Assembly: GCA_963713825.1 (NCBI GenBank)
Contig: CAVQNG010000004.1
Span: 160,001-224,000 of the forward strand
DNA from: an uncultured Acidobacteriota bacterium
Lineage (GTDB): Bacteria > Acidobacteriota > Thermoanaerobaculia > Multivoradales > JAHEKO01
DNA length: 64,000 nt
Direction of reading: 5' to 3'
The notes beneath the pieces are model-generated. The model saw only the letters and a list, made by a program, of their open reading frames with translations. It was not told the DNA's origin and ran no database searches. Shown piece after piece: positions 1 through 11,084 of this stretch; position 1 is the stretch's first letter; each line of letters starts with the position of its first letter. The position numbers and the translations under genes are program-made.

Positions 1-723
1 GAGGTCGAAGTCACCCAGGATGAAAAGGCCATTCACTTCGAGCGCGGCGGCGAGACGGCTCGGTTTGGCGTCGACGAAGTGCTGATGGCGATCGGCCGAG
101 CCCCCAATGTCGAGGGCATCGGGCTCGAGGCTGCGGGCGTCGAATTCGGACGAACCGGAGTGCAGGTCGACGATCGACTTCGGACCACCAACAAGAGAGT
201 CTTCGCGGTCGGCGACGTAGCCTCCCAGTTCAAGTTCACCCATGCGGCGGATGCGCTGGCCCGAATCGCCATTCAGAACTCGCTCTTCTTCGGTCGCGCC
301 AAGGCCAGCGACCTGGTGATTCCCTGGTGCACCTACACCAGTCCCGAGCTCGCTCATGTCGGCTTGAGCCCAGAGAATGCCGAGGAAAAAGGCATTCCGG
401 TCGAAGTACTGACTGTGCCTCTCGACCAGGTCGATCGAGCGGTTCTGGACGGCACCGATGCGGGTTTTCTTCGCCTGGTCATCAAGAAAGGCAAGGACCG
501 TATTTTGGGCGCCACTCTGGTAGCAGATCATGCCGGCGAGCTCCTGGGTGAGCTCACACTCGCGGTCAAGGCCGGAGTCGGACTCAACACGATCGCCAGT
601 ACGATCCACGCCTATCCAACACAGTCGGAAGTTCTGAAGAAAGCGGCCGACACGTGGCGTCGGGGCAAGCTTACTCCGATGGTTCAGAAAATCTTCGCCG
701 GATTCTTCAAGCTCTTCTCCTAG
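1..723 (+). CDS. Pyridine nucleotide-disulfide oxidoreductase (mercuric reductase/lipoamide dehydrogenase-like), 5'-truncated by the window edge
   Basis: Frame open from base 1; motifs AIGRAPNV, VFAVGDV, FTHAA, CTYTSPELAHVG and IHAYPT of the dimerisation domain. No C-terminal Cys-Cys, so not a true MerA. Confidence 0.8.
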   Translation, partial: EVEVTQDEKAIHFERGGETARFGVDEVLMAIGRAPNVEGIGLEAAGVEFGRTGVQVDDRLRTTNKRVFAVGDVASQFKFTHAADALARIAIQNSLFFGRAKASDLVIPWCTYTSPELAHVGLSPENAEEKGIPVEVLTVPLDQVDRAVLDGTDAGFLRLVIKKGKDRILGATLVADHAGELLGELTLAVKAGVGLNTIASTIHAYPTQSEVLKKAADTWRRGKLTPMVQKIFAGFFKLFS

Positions 724-800
724 ATCCCTGGGGGGTTTGCCAACCCTGAACGCCGGTCAGGTTCGACTCCTGACCTCTTGGTTCGATAAACTCCGCCCTG

Positions 801-2465
801 ATGTTCCGGCTGCATATTGTTCCAGCTCATGGGGACCCGTTCGACCAGGCCCTGGAGGGAGACTCCCTGATTGTCGGGCGATCTTCCGCTGCCGAGCTGG
901 TTCTCGCCGACCGATTCCTGTCACGCAAACATGCCCGCCTCTTTCAGGCCAACGGTTCCTGGATGGTCGAGGACCTCGGTTCTCGCAATGGGACTCTCAT
1001 CAACGGCGTCAGGATCGAGGAACCCACCAAGCTCAAAGCGGACGACGAGATACGACTCTCGGGCAGCGTCATCATGGTGCGCTCGGGTGACAAGAAGGAT
1101 GAGAGAGTCGTCACCAGCGCGGCCAAACACGACACCGCACAGACGGTTTTTCGGCGCGCCTCGGACCTCATCAGCCGTCATTCCTCGGACGCTCCTGGAG
1201 GACTGACCACACCGGAAGCGCTGCGCAGACAGACCGAGCGCCTGCGCCTGCTCAACGACATTCACCGTGCTCTGGGGCAGTCTCTCGAGTTGGACGAGCT
1301 ACTCGAGATGATCCTCCTGCGAGCGTTCGAGCAGCTGGAGCCCGAGGAGGGAGTCATCATCCTCAAGGACGGCGAAGGCGGATACCGTAGGGCCGCTCGT
1401 CGAACGGCGCCGGGCGTGGACACCAACTACGTCTTTTCCGAAACGCTGATTACAGAAGTTGCCGAAAAAGGCATGGCAGCGCTCGTTCTGGATGTCGAGA
1501 CTGACTCGCGATTCGGCAACGCGCAGAGCATCCTGAGCTCCGGCATCCGCAGTCTGGTGGCAGCACCGTTTCTCGATGCCGAGGGCTCGCAGGGCATGAT
1601 CGCCCTGAATTCCCGCTACCACAAGCGCCAGTTCGACGAGGACGACATGGAGCTGCTGGTATCCCTGGCTTCTGTCGCGGCACTGAGAATTCGCAACGTC
1701 GCGCTGGCCGAGGAGGCTGCGGAGCGACGCCGACTCGAAGAGGAGCTCAAGCTGGCCCGTCAGATCCAGGTTGCCCTGCTGCCGAGCCAGCTCCCCAAGG
1801 TGGAGGGCTACGAGCTTTGGGGCGGCAACGTTCCTTCGCGAGGCGTATCGGGCGACTACTTCAAGATCGAAGAGCGCAATGATGGTACCGAGCTGGTCTT
1901 CGTCATTGCCGACGTTTCGGGCAAGGGCATCGCGGCCTCTCTTTTGACCGCTTCTCTCGAAGCCCTGTCCGCGGGCCCCATCGAAGTCGGCCAGGATCCA
2001 GCGGAGATCTGCACGAAGGTCGGACGTCGTCTGTACCAGCGGACTCCTCCTGCCAAGTACGCGACGATGATCCTGGCCATTCTCGATCAAGCGACCGGCA
2101 AGCTTCGCTACACCAATGGAGGCCATAATCCGGCGTTGGTGGTGCGTATCAACGGCGAGCACGAAGAGCTCAGTCCCACCGGCATGCCCGTGGGACTGAT
2201 GCCCAGTGCCGAGTACACCCAAGACTCTGTTGACCTCGGCCCTGGGGATCTGTTGATTCTCTACACCGACGGAATCACGGAAGCGGCCAACCCGCAAGAC
2301 GATGAGTACGGTATCGAGAGACTCGCCGCAGTCTGTAGTCAGAATCGCGAGGCTAGCCTGGACGATCTGGCAGCCGCTATCGAGCAGAATCTCGACGATT
2401 TCACCCAGGGAGTGCCCTACGCAGACGATCGCACGTTCGTGCTCACTCGGCGTGTGAGCGTCTGA
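801..2465 (+). CDS. FHA-GAF-PP2C (SpoIIE/RsbU-like) Ser/Thr phosphatase
   Basis: FHA motifs (VGRS, SRKHA, DLGSRNGT), a GAF region (SLVAAPF), and PP2C motifs GDYF, ADVSGKG, YTDGITEA, DDRT. Confidence 0.9.
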   Translation: MFRLHIVPAHGDPFDQALEGDSLIVGRSSAAELVLADRFLSRKHARLFQANGSWMVEDLGSRNGTLINGVRIEEPTKLKADDEIRLSGSVIMVRSGDKKDERVVTSAAKHDTAQTVFRRASDLISRHSSDAPGGLTTPEALRRQTERLRLLNDIHRALGQSLELDELLEMILLRAFEQLEPEEGVIILKDGEGGYRRAARRTAPGVDTNYVFSETLITEVAEKGMAALVLDVETDSRFGNAQSILSSGIRSLVAAPFLDAEGSQGMIALNSRYHKRQFDEDDMELLVSLASVAALRIRNVALAEEAAERRRLEEELKLARQIQVALLPSQLPKVEGYELWGGNVPSRGVSGDYFKIEERNDGTELVFVIADVSGKGIAASLLTASLEALSAGPIEVGQDPAEICTKVGRRLYQRTPPAKYATMILAILDQATGKLRYTNGGHNPALVVRINGEHEELSPTGMPVGLMPSAEYTQDSVDLGPGDLLILYTDGITEAANPQDDEYGIERLAAVCSQNREASLDDLAAAIEQNLDDFTQGVPYADDRTFVLTRRVSV

Positions 2466-3017
2466 GAGTCACCCCGGACTCGACCTATCGGATCTCGTCA
2501 ATATCTTCCCCACCCTCGTGGGTGGGCTTGAAGACCACCTCATCATGTGGTGCGGCCATGCCCGCCACAACGATATAAAACACCTGATACCTGCGGTTTC
2601 TCCGGCCTCCGGGTCGAGGGGTAGCAAGCTGCCTCTCGGCAGCCGACACCTGCATGCCCGGCATCGGTCGGAAGGTAGCCTCGTGCCGATGGAAAGCCGG
2701 AAACGGGATTCACCCCATCGAAGGGCCGTCACGGCTTCGGCCGCGCCCATCGGGCGTCACCTCATGGACACCTTGGCGCAGCGCTATCAGGCCTGCTCCA
2801 TTGCCACGCTCTCCGGCACCCATCCAATTGAAGAGAGCTGCGAATCCATCTTCGGAGCCAAGCGTGAAGTTGGGAAATGAGGAACGGGAACCGCACGCAA
2901 ACGCCTCTCTCCACCACTGAAGTCACATCCAAAAATCAATTCAGTTATTGCTATTCACGCATAAGAGTTTGGTCCCAGACCGCAGAGTCTCACTGCATTC
3001 TCGACAGGAGGAAGAAC

Positions 3018-4352
3018 ATGCAGAAGAGTCGAAAAACAACGTCAAGCCATATTGGATGGACGATCGCGACCCTGGCTGTCTTGGCCGTTCTGATCCCGCA
3101 GGCCGCCTCGGCCTGGTGGTGGATCCAGCCGGAGTACGAGGTCAAGCTGAATGTCATCGGTGCTTCCGTGTTCCCATTCAGGTCCGACGACCCGGCCGAT
3201 TTCTGGATGGTCAGCACCTCCGGCTGGCCCCTGACCATGTTCCTGAGGGCCGATCACGAGTACCTGGGGATCGGCACACCCTATGGCTACCCCTACTATC
3301 CGGCAATGAACACGCCTCTGCCCTTCCCACTGGTCTTCGGCGACGAGGAACTTCCGTACGGGCCCGACGGCTGCCCTTCATGGAACGACCCGGCAGCGAT
3401 CTTCGCCGAAGGCTGTGACTACATGCCTCCTCCGTGGCCGGTCGACGAGACGACTCTGCCCTTCCTTCCTGGGTTCACGGTTCCAGAGGTCTGCTGTCTG
3501 GATATGCCCAATTGCTGCGCCGGGGACTACTGTCTCTCGGACGTACCTATCTGCAACTGCGGGCCGACATCAGTGATCTGCGAAACTCCACCCAGTCAGG
3601 TCCTGACTACACAGATGGATCCCGGTGGCACTTTTCAGGACTGGTACGAGTACGTCGGCCCACGGCTGGGGACAGATTCCGACAAATACTCCTACGGCAG
3701 CAACCCACGGCTCGAGGGGCTCGTCATTACGGCTGATGTGGGGCCCGGCATCGAGACCGACGAGAATTTCAACCGCACCGGTCGCTGCCGCAATCTGGCC
3801 GGTTTCACCCAATCGGTCAGCTACGTGCTGTCGGACAAGTTCTACAACACTTCAGTCGTCGCCCAGATGAATGTACCAGCATGGCTGTTTTCCCCAGTTG
3901 TGGTGGCCGACAACAATGTAACTGCCGACTGTGACGGCGACCCGACCAACCTTGGCGACAGCCTGCTGCGTATCGACGGACTGCCCTGGGACGATCCCAA
4001 CGATTTCGATGGCGGTACTCCGCTCTACACCACCTACTGCTCGCCCATTACCCACGCCTTCATGATCTCGTTGACCCGAGACATGCTCGTTACCACCCGA
4101 GTGTTCGTGGTGCAGGTCGACGAGAATGGTGAAGGGCCGGACTTCCTGGAGGACCTGAATGGAGACGGCTCCTGTGATGCCGCCGATGCGGAAGGCCAGG
4201 GATGGCGTCTGCTCTCCAAAGAAGAGGTCATTCGATTCACTCAGGCCCACGAGGAGGAGTTGCCGTTTCAGTTCGACTTCGACGGCAACGGCAATCCGGG
4301 AAACCCAGTATTGCCTGGTGGCACTGGAGGATTGACCCGGCCGCCGCGCTAG
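3018..4352 (+). CDS. Hypothetical secreted Cys/Pro/Asp-rich protein with Ca-binding-like DxNxDG motifs
   Basis: SD AGGAGG at 3006-3011 before ATG 3018; signal peptide ending ASA; DLNGDGSCDAAD and DFDGNG near the C-terminus. Confidence 0.7.
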   Translation: MQKSRKTTSSHIGWTIATLAVLAVLIPQAASAWWWIQPEYEVKLNVIGASVFPFRSDDPADFWMVSTSGWPLTMFLRADHEYLGIGTPYGYPYYPAMNTPLPFPLVFGDEELPYGPDGCPSWNDPAAIFAEGCDYMPPPWPVDETTLPFLPGFTVPEVCCLDMPNCCAGDYCLSDVPICNCGPTSVICETPPSQVLTTQMDPGGTFQDWYEYVGPRLGTDSDKYSYGSNPRLEGLVITADVGPGIETDENFNRTGRCRNLAGFTQSVSYVLSDKFYNTSVVAQMNVPAWLFSPVVVADNNVTADCDGDPTNLGDSLLRIDGLPWDDPNDFDGGTPLYTTYCSPITHAFMISLTRDMLVTTRVFVVQVDENGEGPDFLEDLNGDGSCDAADAEGQGWRLLSKEEVIRFTQAHEEELPFQFDFDGNGNPGNPVLPGGTGGLTRPPR

Positions 4353-4380
4353 AACGAACGCGATCGATTCCTGAATCGAC

Positions 4381-7300
4381 TCAATTCCCGGCCTGGGCGA
4401 GCTCGCGAGCTCGTACCAGGTCGGGGAGTTTCGGGTCGGCCCCGGACCAGAGCTCCAGAACCTCTCGAGCAGCTGCGGCAGCCTCGGCCGGACGCGCCAT
4501 GGCCAGCTGCACTTCCGCCAGCAGAAGCAGCGCCCGACGCCGATCGAGGTCGAGGTCCAGCCTCGGATCGGCCGGATCTCTCTCGGTGGCGGCCTGTCGA
4601 GCGGTCGCCATGGCCTCCTGAAGCCTGCCGGCCGAGAGGTAGGCACGCGCCAACTCGAGCCGATAGACGCTGTAGTCGTAGCCCTCCAGCGCCACAGCTG
4701 TTGTCAACTCGGCGATGGCCTCTGCGGTCCTTCCCTGCTCCAACGAGGCCGATCCCCTGAGAAATGCCGCTGCTCTGTCCTCGGTTCGATCCGGGTCATC
4801 AGCCGGAAGCGCCCCTGCTAGGATCCCGAGAGCTGTCGCTTCGAGGCTCGAGAACTCGCCTTCCCGTAGCTCGAGCAGGCCCCGAGCGAACAGATAGCGC
4901 GTGGGTACTCCAGGGGAGACCTCGATCGACTGGTCGATGAGCCGACGGGCACGGCCAGTCTCACCAACCTCCATCCAACAGGTACCTCGAGTCGACAACG
5001 ACATGGCCTGGCGAATCTGCTCGGCCGCGATGGAGCCCTCGAGCGACTGCAGGATCTCGTCGGCTTCGCGGAACCTCTGCTCACTTCGCAGGATGGAAGC
5101 CAGCTCGAACCCACCGTCGATACGGTTGCGCGGTGGAGCCTCCTCGTTCTCCACCAGCGCCTGGAGCCTCTCGCGGGCCTCCGAGCTTCTGCCGCTCAGA
5201 AACTCGACAACGGCGAGACTCACGGTCGAGTAGTGAAACTCCGCATCGATCTCCAGAGCCTTGGAGTACTCCAATACGGCAAGGTCGAGCTCACCCTGAG
5301 CTCGATAGGCATCGGCGAGAAGATGGTGGCTGTTGGGGCTGTCGGGTTGCAGCCGAACATACTCCTGCAGCTCCGTGATGGCCAGGCTCAGCTCACCCAG
5401 GTTCAGGTGAGCTTCGCCGAGCATGCTCCAAATCGAAGCGATTCCTGGCTCGAGCTCCGCCAACACCTCGAGCTCTTCGATCTCCTCCTGGTAACGGTCC
5501 ATGGATGATAGCGCATGGGCCAGGAAGTACCTCGCTTCTGTCTCGTAGGGGAAATCCTCCAGGAGCTTGCGGTACTCTTCCTCAGCCTCACCGTAGCGCC
5601 GACCGATGTACGCTTCTCCAGCTCGGATGTATCTCGCCTCCCGCTCAGGCAGCCCGTCCGCCTCGGTCACGGCCAGTTGAATCAGTCCCAACGCTTCATC
5701 GGTTCGACCCGTCTCAGCCAGAGCGAAGGCCAGTCGATACCGAGCCATGGTGAACTCGGGCGCCAGCTCGAGCGCTCTTTCCAGCGCGTTCTCCGCCGCG
5801 TCATATCGATACTCGGACAGAGCGCTGAGCCCCTTGTCATAGAACTCGTAGGCCTCAGGATTGCTGGCCGCAAAGTCAGCCGAGTAGATATCCACTGATT
5901 CTGCCGGCGGTATCTCCAGACCCCTACGGGCCGCAGAAGCGAGCTTTTCGGAGCCCCAGATGAGCTCCTTGGAGCCCAAAGCCTCCAGGCGCTCTGAAGC
6001 GAGCTCGCGCTCCTCGGCCGTGTCGGTGAGCCTCCCGGTTACGACATAGCCCTCGCCGCCAGGAAGGATCTCTCCACTGAACAGATAGGCGATGCCCTCC
6101 CCGGCCGCATCGGCCGCAGAGAGCTGCCCATCGTTGCCTTTCAGGAGAGCGCTCATTCGATCCATGGAGACGACCCGCACGTGCCGAGACTGGGCCAGGT
6201 TGTCACTGACCAGGCGGGCCAGGCCCTGACCAAACCAGTCGAGCTCGTCGTTGCCGGTGAGGTTCTCGAGAGGAAGGACACCCACTGCGGGGACATCGGC
6301 GATCTCACTTGCAGCACCAACGGTCTCGACCGCAGGACCGCCTTCTCCAACCTCCCCTGGAGTGCGACTCCTCCAAAACCATGCTCCGAGCACCAGCAAG
6401 AGAACGGCGAGAGCAGCTGCGGCCGCAGCACCGACTTTCTTTCGATGGCGGCGCACTTCCAGGGCGAGAGACGTCTCCACACGCTTCGCTTCCAGATCAG
6501 CCAGGATCTCGCCTGCATCCGCGTATCGGAGCGCTGGATCCCTCTCCAGACATCTGTCCAGAATCTTGTGCAAGTAGTCGGGAATGTCGGGGTTGAGCTC
6601 CGAGGCCGGCCGCGGGTCACGCTGGACCCGCCGCATCATGATCTCGAAGCTCGACTCGCCCGTGAACGGCAGCTCGCCTGTGAGCATCTCGTAGAGCATC
6701 ACTCCCAGGGCGTAGACATCGGTGCCCGCATCCACCGCGTTGCCCTTCACCTGCTCGGGTGACATGTAGTGGGGCGTGCCCATGATGCTGCCGGTCTGGG
6801 TCAGAGCGCTGAGCTGTATGGATCTGGCCAGGCCGAAGTCGGTCACGAACGCGATGCCGTCCGGCGTCATCATGACGTTCTCGGGCTTCATGTCCCGATG
6901 AATGACTGTCTTGGCGTGCGCCGCAGCCAGCGCACCACAGAGCTGTCTGAAGATCTTCAGTGTTGCGTCGAGCGAAAGCCTGCCGCTCCGCCTGAGAAAC
7001 CCCGCCAGGTCCTCTCCTTCCACATACTGCATGGTGAGGAACTTCTTCCCCGCCGCTTCCCCGAGGTCGAAGACCCGCAGGACATTGGGATGCGTGACCT
7101 CGCTGGACAACTGGATCTCACGCTTGAACCGCTTCAGGACTTCGGGTTGATTGGCGAGCTCCGGACGGATCTCCTTTAGGGCCACCTCCCGATTCAGCTC
7201 CAGATCCCGTGCCAGATACACCGCCCCCATCCCGCCCTTGCCGAGAAGCCGGCGTGTCTCGTACCGTGCGCCGAAGGAGGGAAGAGAGGTCTCGGCGACC

Positions 7301-7500
7301 GCCGTGTCCTGTTCGGCATCGAACAGCGTTTCAGATGTGGCGTCATCGACCGGCGCGAGCTCGGTCTCGATCTGGCTGGGAGGCTTCTCCTCTGAACTCA
7401 AGGGAAGTGTCGGCAGCGACGTTTCGATCAGACGGCTGGAGCATTGGGAGCAGGAGACAGCCCCTTCGGGATTCCGGGTTCCGCAACTTGGACACTCCAT
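4381..7500 (-). CDS. Hanks-type Ser/Thr kinase: zinc ribbon, kinase, TM helix, TolB-N-like domain and TPR repeats
   Basis: CPSC/CSQC ribbon; GKGGMG, VALK, HRDMKPEN, DFG, GTPHYMSPEQ; hydrophobic TM segment; VGVLPLEN; TPR-like helices. Confidence 0.92.
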   Translation of the reverse strand: MECPSCGTRNPEGAVSCSQCSSRLIETSLPTLPLSSEEKPPSQIETELAPVDDATSETLFDAEQDTAVAETSLPSFGARYETRRLLGKGGMGAVYLARDLELNREVALKEIRPELANQPEVLKRFKREIQLSSEVTHPNVLRVFDLGEAAGKKFLTMQYVEGEDLAGFLRRSGRLSLDATLKIFRQLCGALAAAHAKTVIHRDMKPENVMMTPDGIAFVTDFGLARSIQLSALTQTGSIMGTPHYMSPEQVKGNAVDAGTDVYALGVMLYEMLTGELPFTGESSFEIMMRRVQRDPRPASELNPDIPDYLHKILDRCLERDPALRYADAGEILADLEAKRVETSLALEVRRHRKKVGAAAAAALAVLLLVLGAWFWRSRTPGEVGEGGPAVETVGAASEIADVPAVGVLPLENLTGNDELDWFGQGLARLVSDNLAQSRHVRVVSMDRMSALLKGNDGQLSAADAAGEGIAYLFSGEILPGGEGYVVTGRLTDTAEERELASERLEALGSKELIWGSEKLASAARRGLEIPPAESVDIYSADFAASNPEAYEFYDKGLSALSEYRYDAAENALERALELAPEFTMARYRLAFALAETGRTDEALGLIQLAVTEADGLPEREARYIRAGEAYIGRRYGEAEEEYRKLLEDFPYETEARYFLAHALSSMDRYQEEIEELEVLAELEPGIASIWSMLGEAHLNLGELSLAITELQEYVRLQPDSPNSHHLLADAYRAQGELDLAVLEYSKALEIDAEFHYSTVSLAVVEFLSGRSSEARERLQALVENEEAPPRNRIDGGFELASILRSEQRFREADEILQSLEGSIAAEQIRQAMSLSTRGTCWMEVGETGRARRLIDQSIEVSPGVPTRYLFARGLLELREGEFSSLEATALGILAGALPADDPDRTEDRAAAFLRGSASLEQGRTAEAIAELTTAVALEGYDYSVYRLELARAYLSAGRLQEAMATARQAATERDPADPRLDLDLDRRRALLLLAEVQLAMARPAEAAAAAREVLELWSGADPKLPDLVRARELAQAGN

Positions 7501-7518
7501 CTGACCTTGCCCCGGTGA

Positions 7519-8279
7519 CTAGCCGTTGCCTGAGCCCCCTGAGCCGGAGAACGACCCCTTCAAGTAATCCCGGTTCATGCGGGCGATGAACTCGATCGAG
7601 ATTCCCTTGGGGCAGGCGGCCTCGCACTCCTGGAAGTTGGTGCAGCTGCCGAAGTACGACTCCATCTCGTCCACCATCCTCTGGACTCTTCGGTACCGCT
7701 CCGGCTGTCCCTGCGGCAGGAGTGCCAAATGGGAGACCTTGGCGGCAGTGAACAGTTGTGCGGCACCGTTGGGACACTGCGCCACACACGCACCACAACC
7801 GATGCACTCGGCGGCATCCATGGCCTTGTCGGCGATCGGCTTGGCAATTGGGATCAGGTTGGCTTCAGGTGCGCTGCCGGTATTGACGGAGATGAAACCA
7901 CCGGCCTGAACGATCTTGTCGAAGGGAGCGCGATCTACGACCAGGTCCTTGATGACCGGAAATGCCTTCGATCTCCAGGGCTCGACGCGAATCGTGTCGC
8001 CATCCCGGAACTTGCGCATGTGCAGCTGGCAAGTCGCAGTCCCTTTCTCGGGACCATGGGCCTTACCGTTGATCATCACACCGCAGGAACCGCAAATGCC
8101 CTCACGACAGTCGTGCTCGAAGGCGATCGGTTCCTCGCCCTTCTCCGAGAGCCGCTCATTGAGCACGTCCAGCAACTCGAGGAACGACATGTCCGGGCTG
8201 GCATCCGGCACGGAGTAGGTGACGAAGCCACCCTTAGCGTCGCAGTTCTTCTGGCGCCAGACATCGAGTGTCAGTTTCA

Positions 8280-8280
<1 letters not shown>
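7519..8280 (-). CDS. sdhB: Succinate dehydrogenase/fumarate reductase iron-sulfur subunit
   Basis: CREGICGSC...C, CIGCGAC..C and CTNFQEC...CP clusters; start MKLTLDVWR overlaps the sdhA stop (TGATG). Confidence 0.95.
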
Positions 8281-10202
<1,922 letters not shown>

Positions 10203-10207
10203 CTCTC

Positions 10208-10891
10208 CTACTTCACCAGGCCGGCCAGGACAGCCAGGGGAAAGGACAGGTTACCGATGGTGATAACCCAGGCGAAAACCTGGGCAAACCGGCGGCGCCA
10301 GTCCTGCGGTTGCGATGAGTTCCACCAGCCAAGGGACTGAAACATGCTCCACAGGCCATGGTAGAGGTGAAAGCCCAGCGCAATCTGGGCCACGATGTAG
10401 ATCCCGCTGACCCACCAGACCTGAAAGCCGGACACGACGTTGTGATAGACGTCGCCCGGGATGAAATCGGAATGCGACCAGCCGAAGGTCAGGTGCGCCA
10501 GGTGATACACGACGTAGAGGCCGATGATGACTCCACCCCAACGCACGGTTCGCGAGGCATAGGTGGCTTCGAGGACCTCTCTTTGTCGATATTTCTGCGG
10601 TCGAGCCCGCCAGTTTGAAAGCGTCAATTGCGTCGCAGTGAGTACATGGATCCCGACCGCGGCCAGCAGAACGAGTCGGGCGATCCACAGGACTCCCGAG
10701 TGCGGCAGCGCGGGGCTTCCCACATCTCGCAACCACTCGGCATAGGCGTTCAGCTTCTCAGGACCCTGATAGAGCTTCAGATTGCCGAGCATGTGAACGA
10801 GCACGAAGCCGAACAGCACGATTCCGCTGGCCGCCATCAGCGCCTTCTTCCCCACAGCCGAACGGTAGAAGTTCGACAAGCCGGACATCAT
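10208..10891 (-). CDS. sdhC: Succinate dehydrogenase cytochrome b subunit (single 5-TM anchor)
   Basis: KKALMAASG...HMLGNL and [14 protein letters not shown]; SD AGAGGAG upstream; first gene of sdhCAB. Confidence 0.92.
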   Translation of the reverse strand: MMSGLSNFYRSAVGKKALMAASGIVLFGFVLVHMLGNLKLYQGPEKLNAYAEWLRDVGSPALPHSGVLWIARLVLLAAVGIHVLTATQLTLSNWRARPQKYRQREVLEATYASRTVRWGGVIIGLYVVYHLAHLTFGWSHSDFIPGDVYHNVVSGFQVWWVSGIYIVAQIALGFHLYHGLWSMFQSLGWWNSSQPQDWRRRFAQVFAWVITIGNLSFPLAVLAGLVK

Positions 10892-11084
10892 CTCTCCTCT
10901 CACCAACAGATCAGCGGCCCAAACCAAGACCGGGATTCTGCTGGTCCTCTGATCGACAAGAGCATCGTTTGCAGGTGCTTACAGGCTCCTTTGCTAGGTG
11001 CCCTATCTTACGCTGACCGCAGGGTGCCCGGAAGGGGCATCCGCGTGGGTTTCAGTGGGGATTGGGGCCAAACTCGGCCCACGA

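Noticed and set aside
1-723. Mercuric reductase MerA / mer operon
   Set aside because: No C-terminal Cys-Cys pair and no mer genes downstream; generic disulfide oxidoreductase.
728-780. Functional tRNA gene
   Set aside because: Only ~53 nt, with no D-arm, a poor acceptor stem and no CCA; kept only as a low-interest finding.
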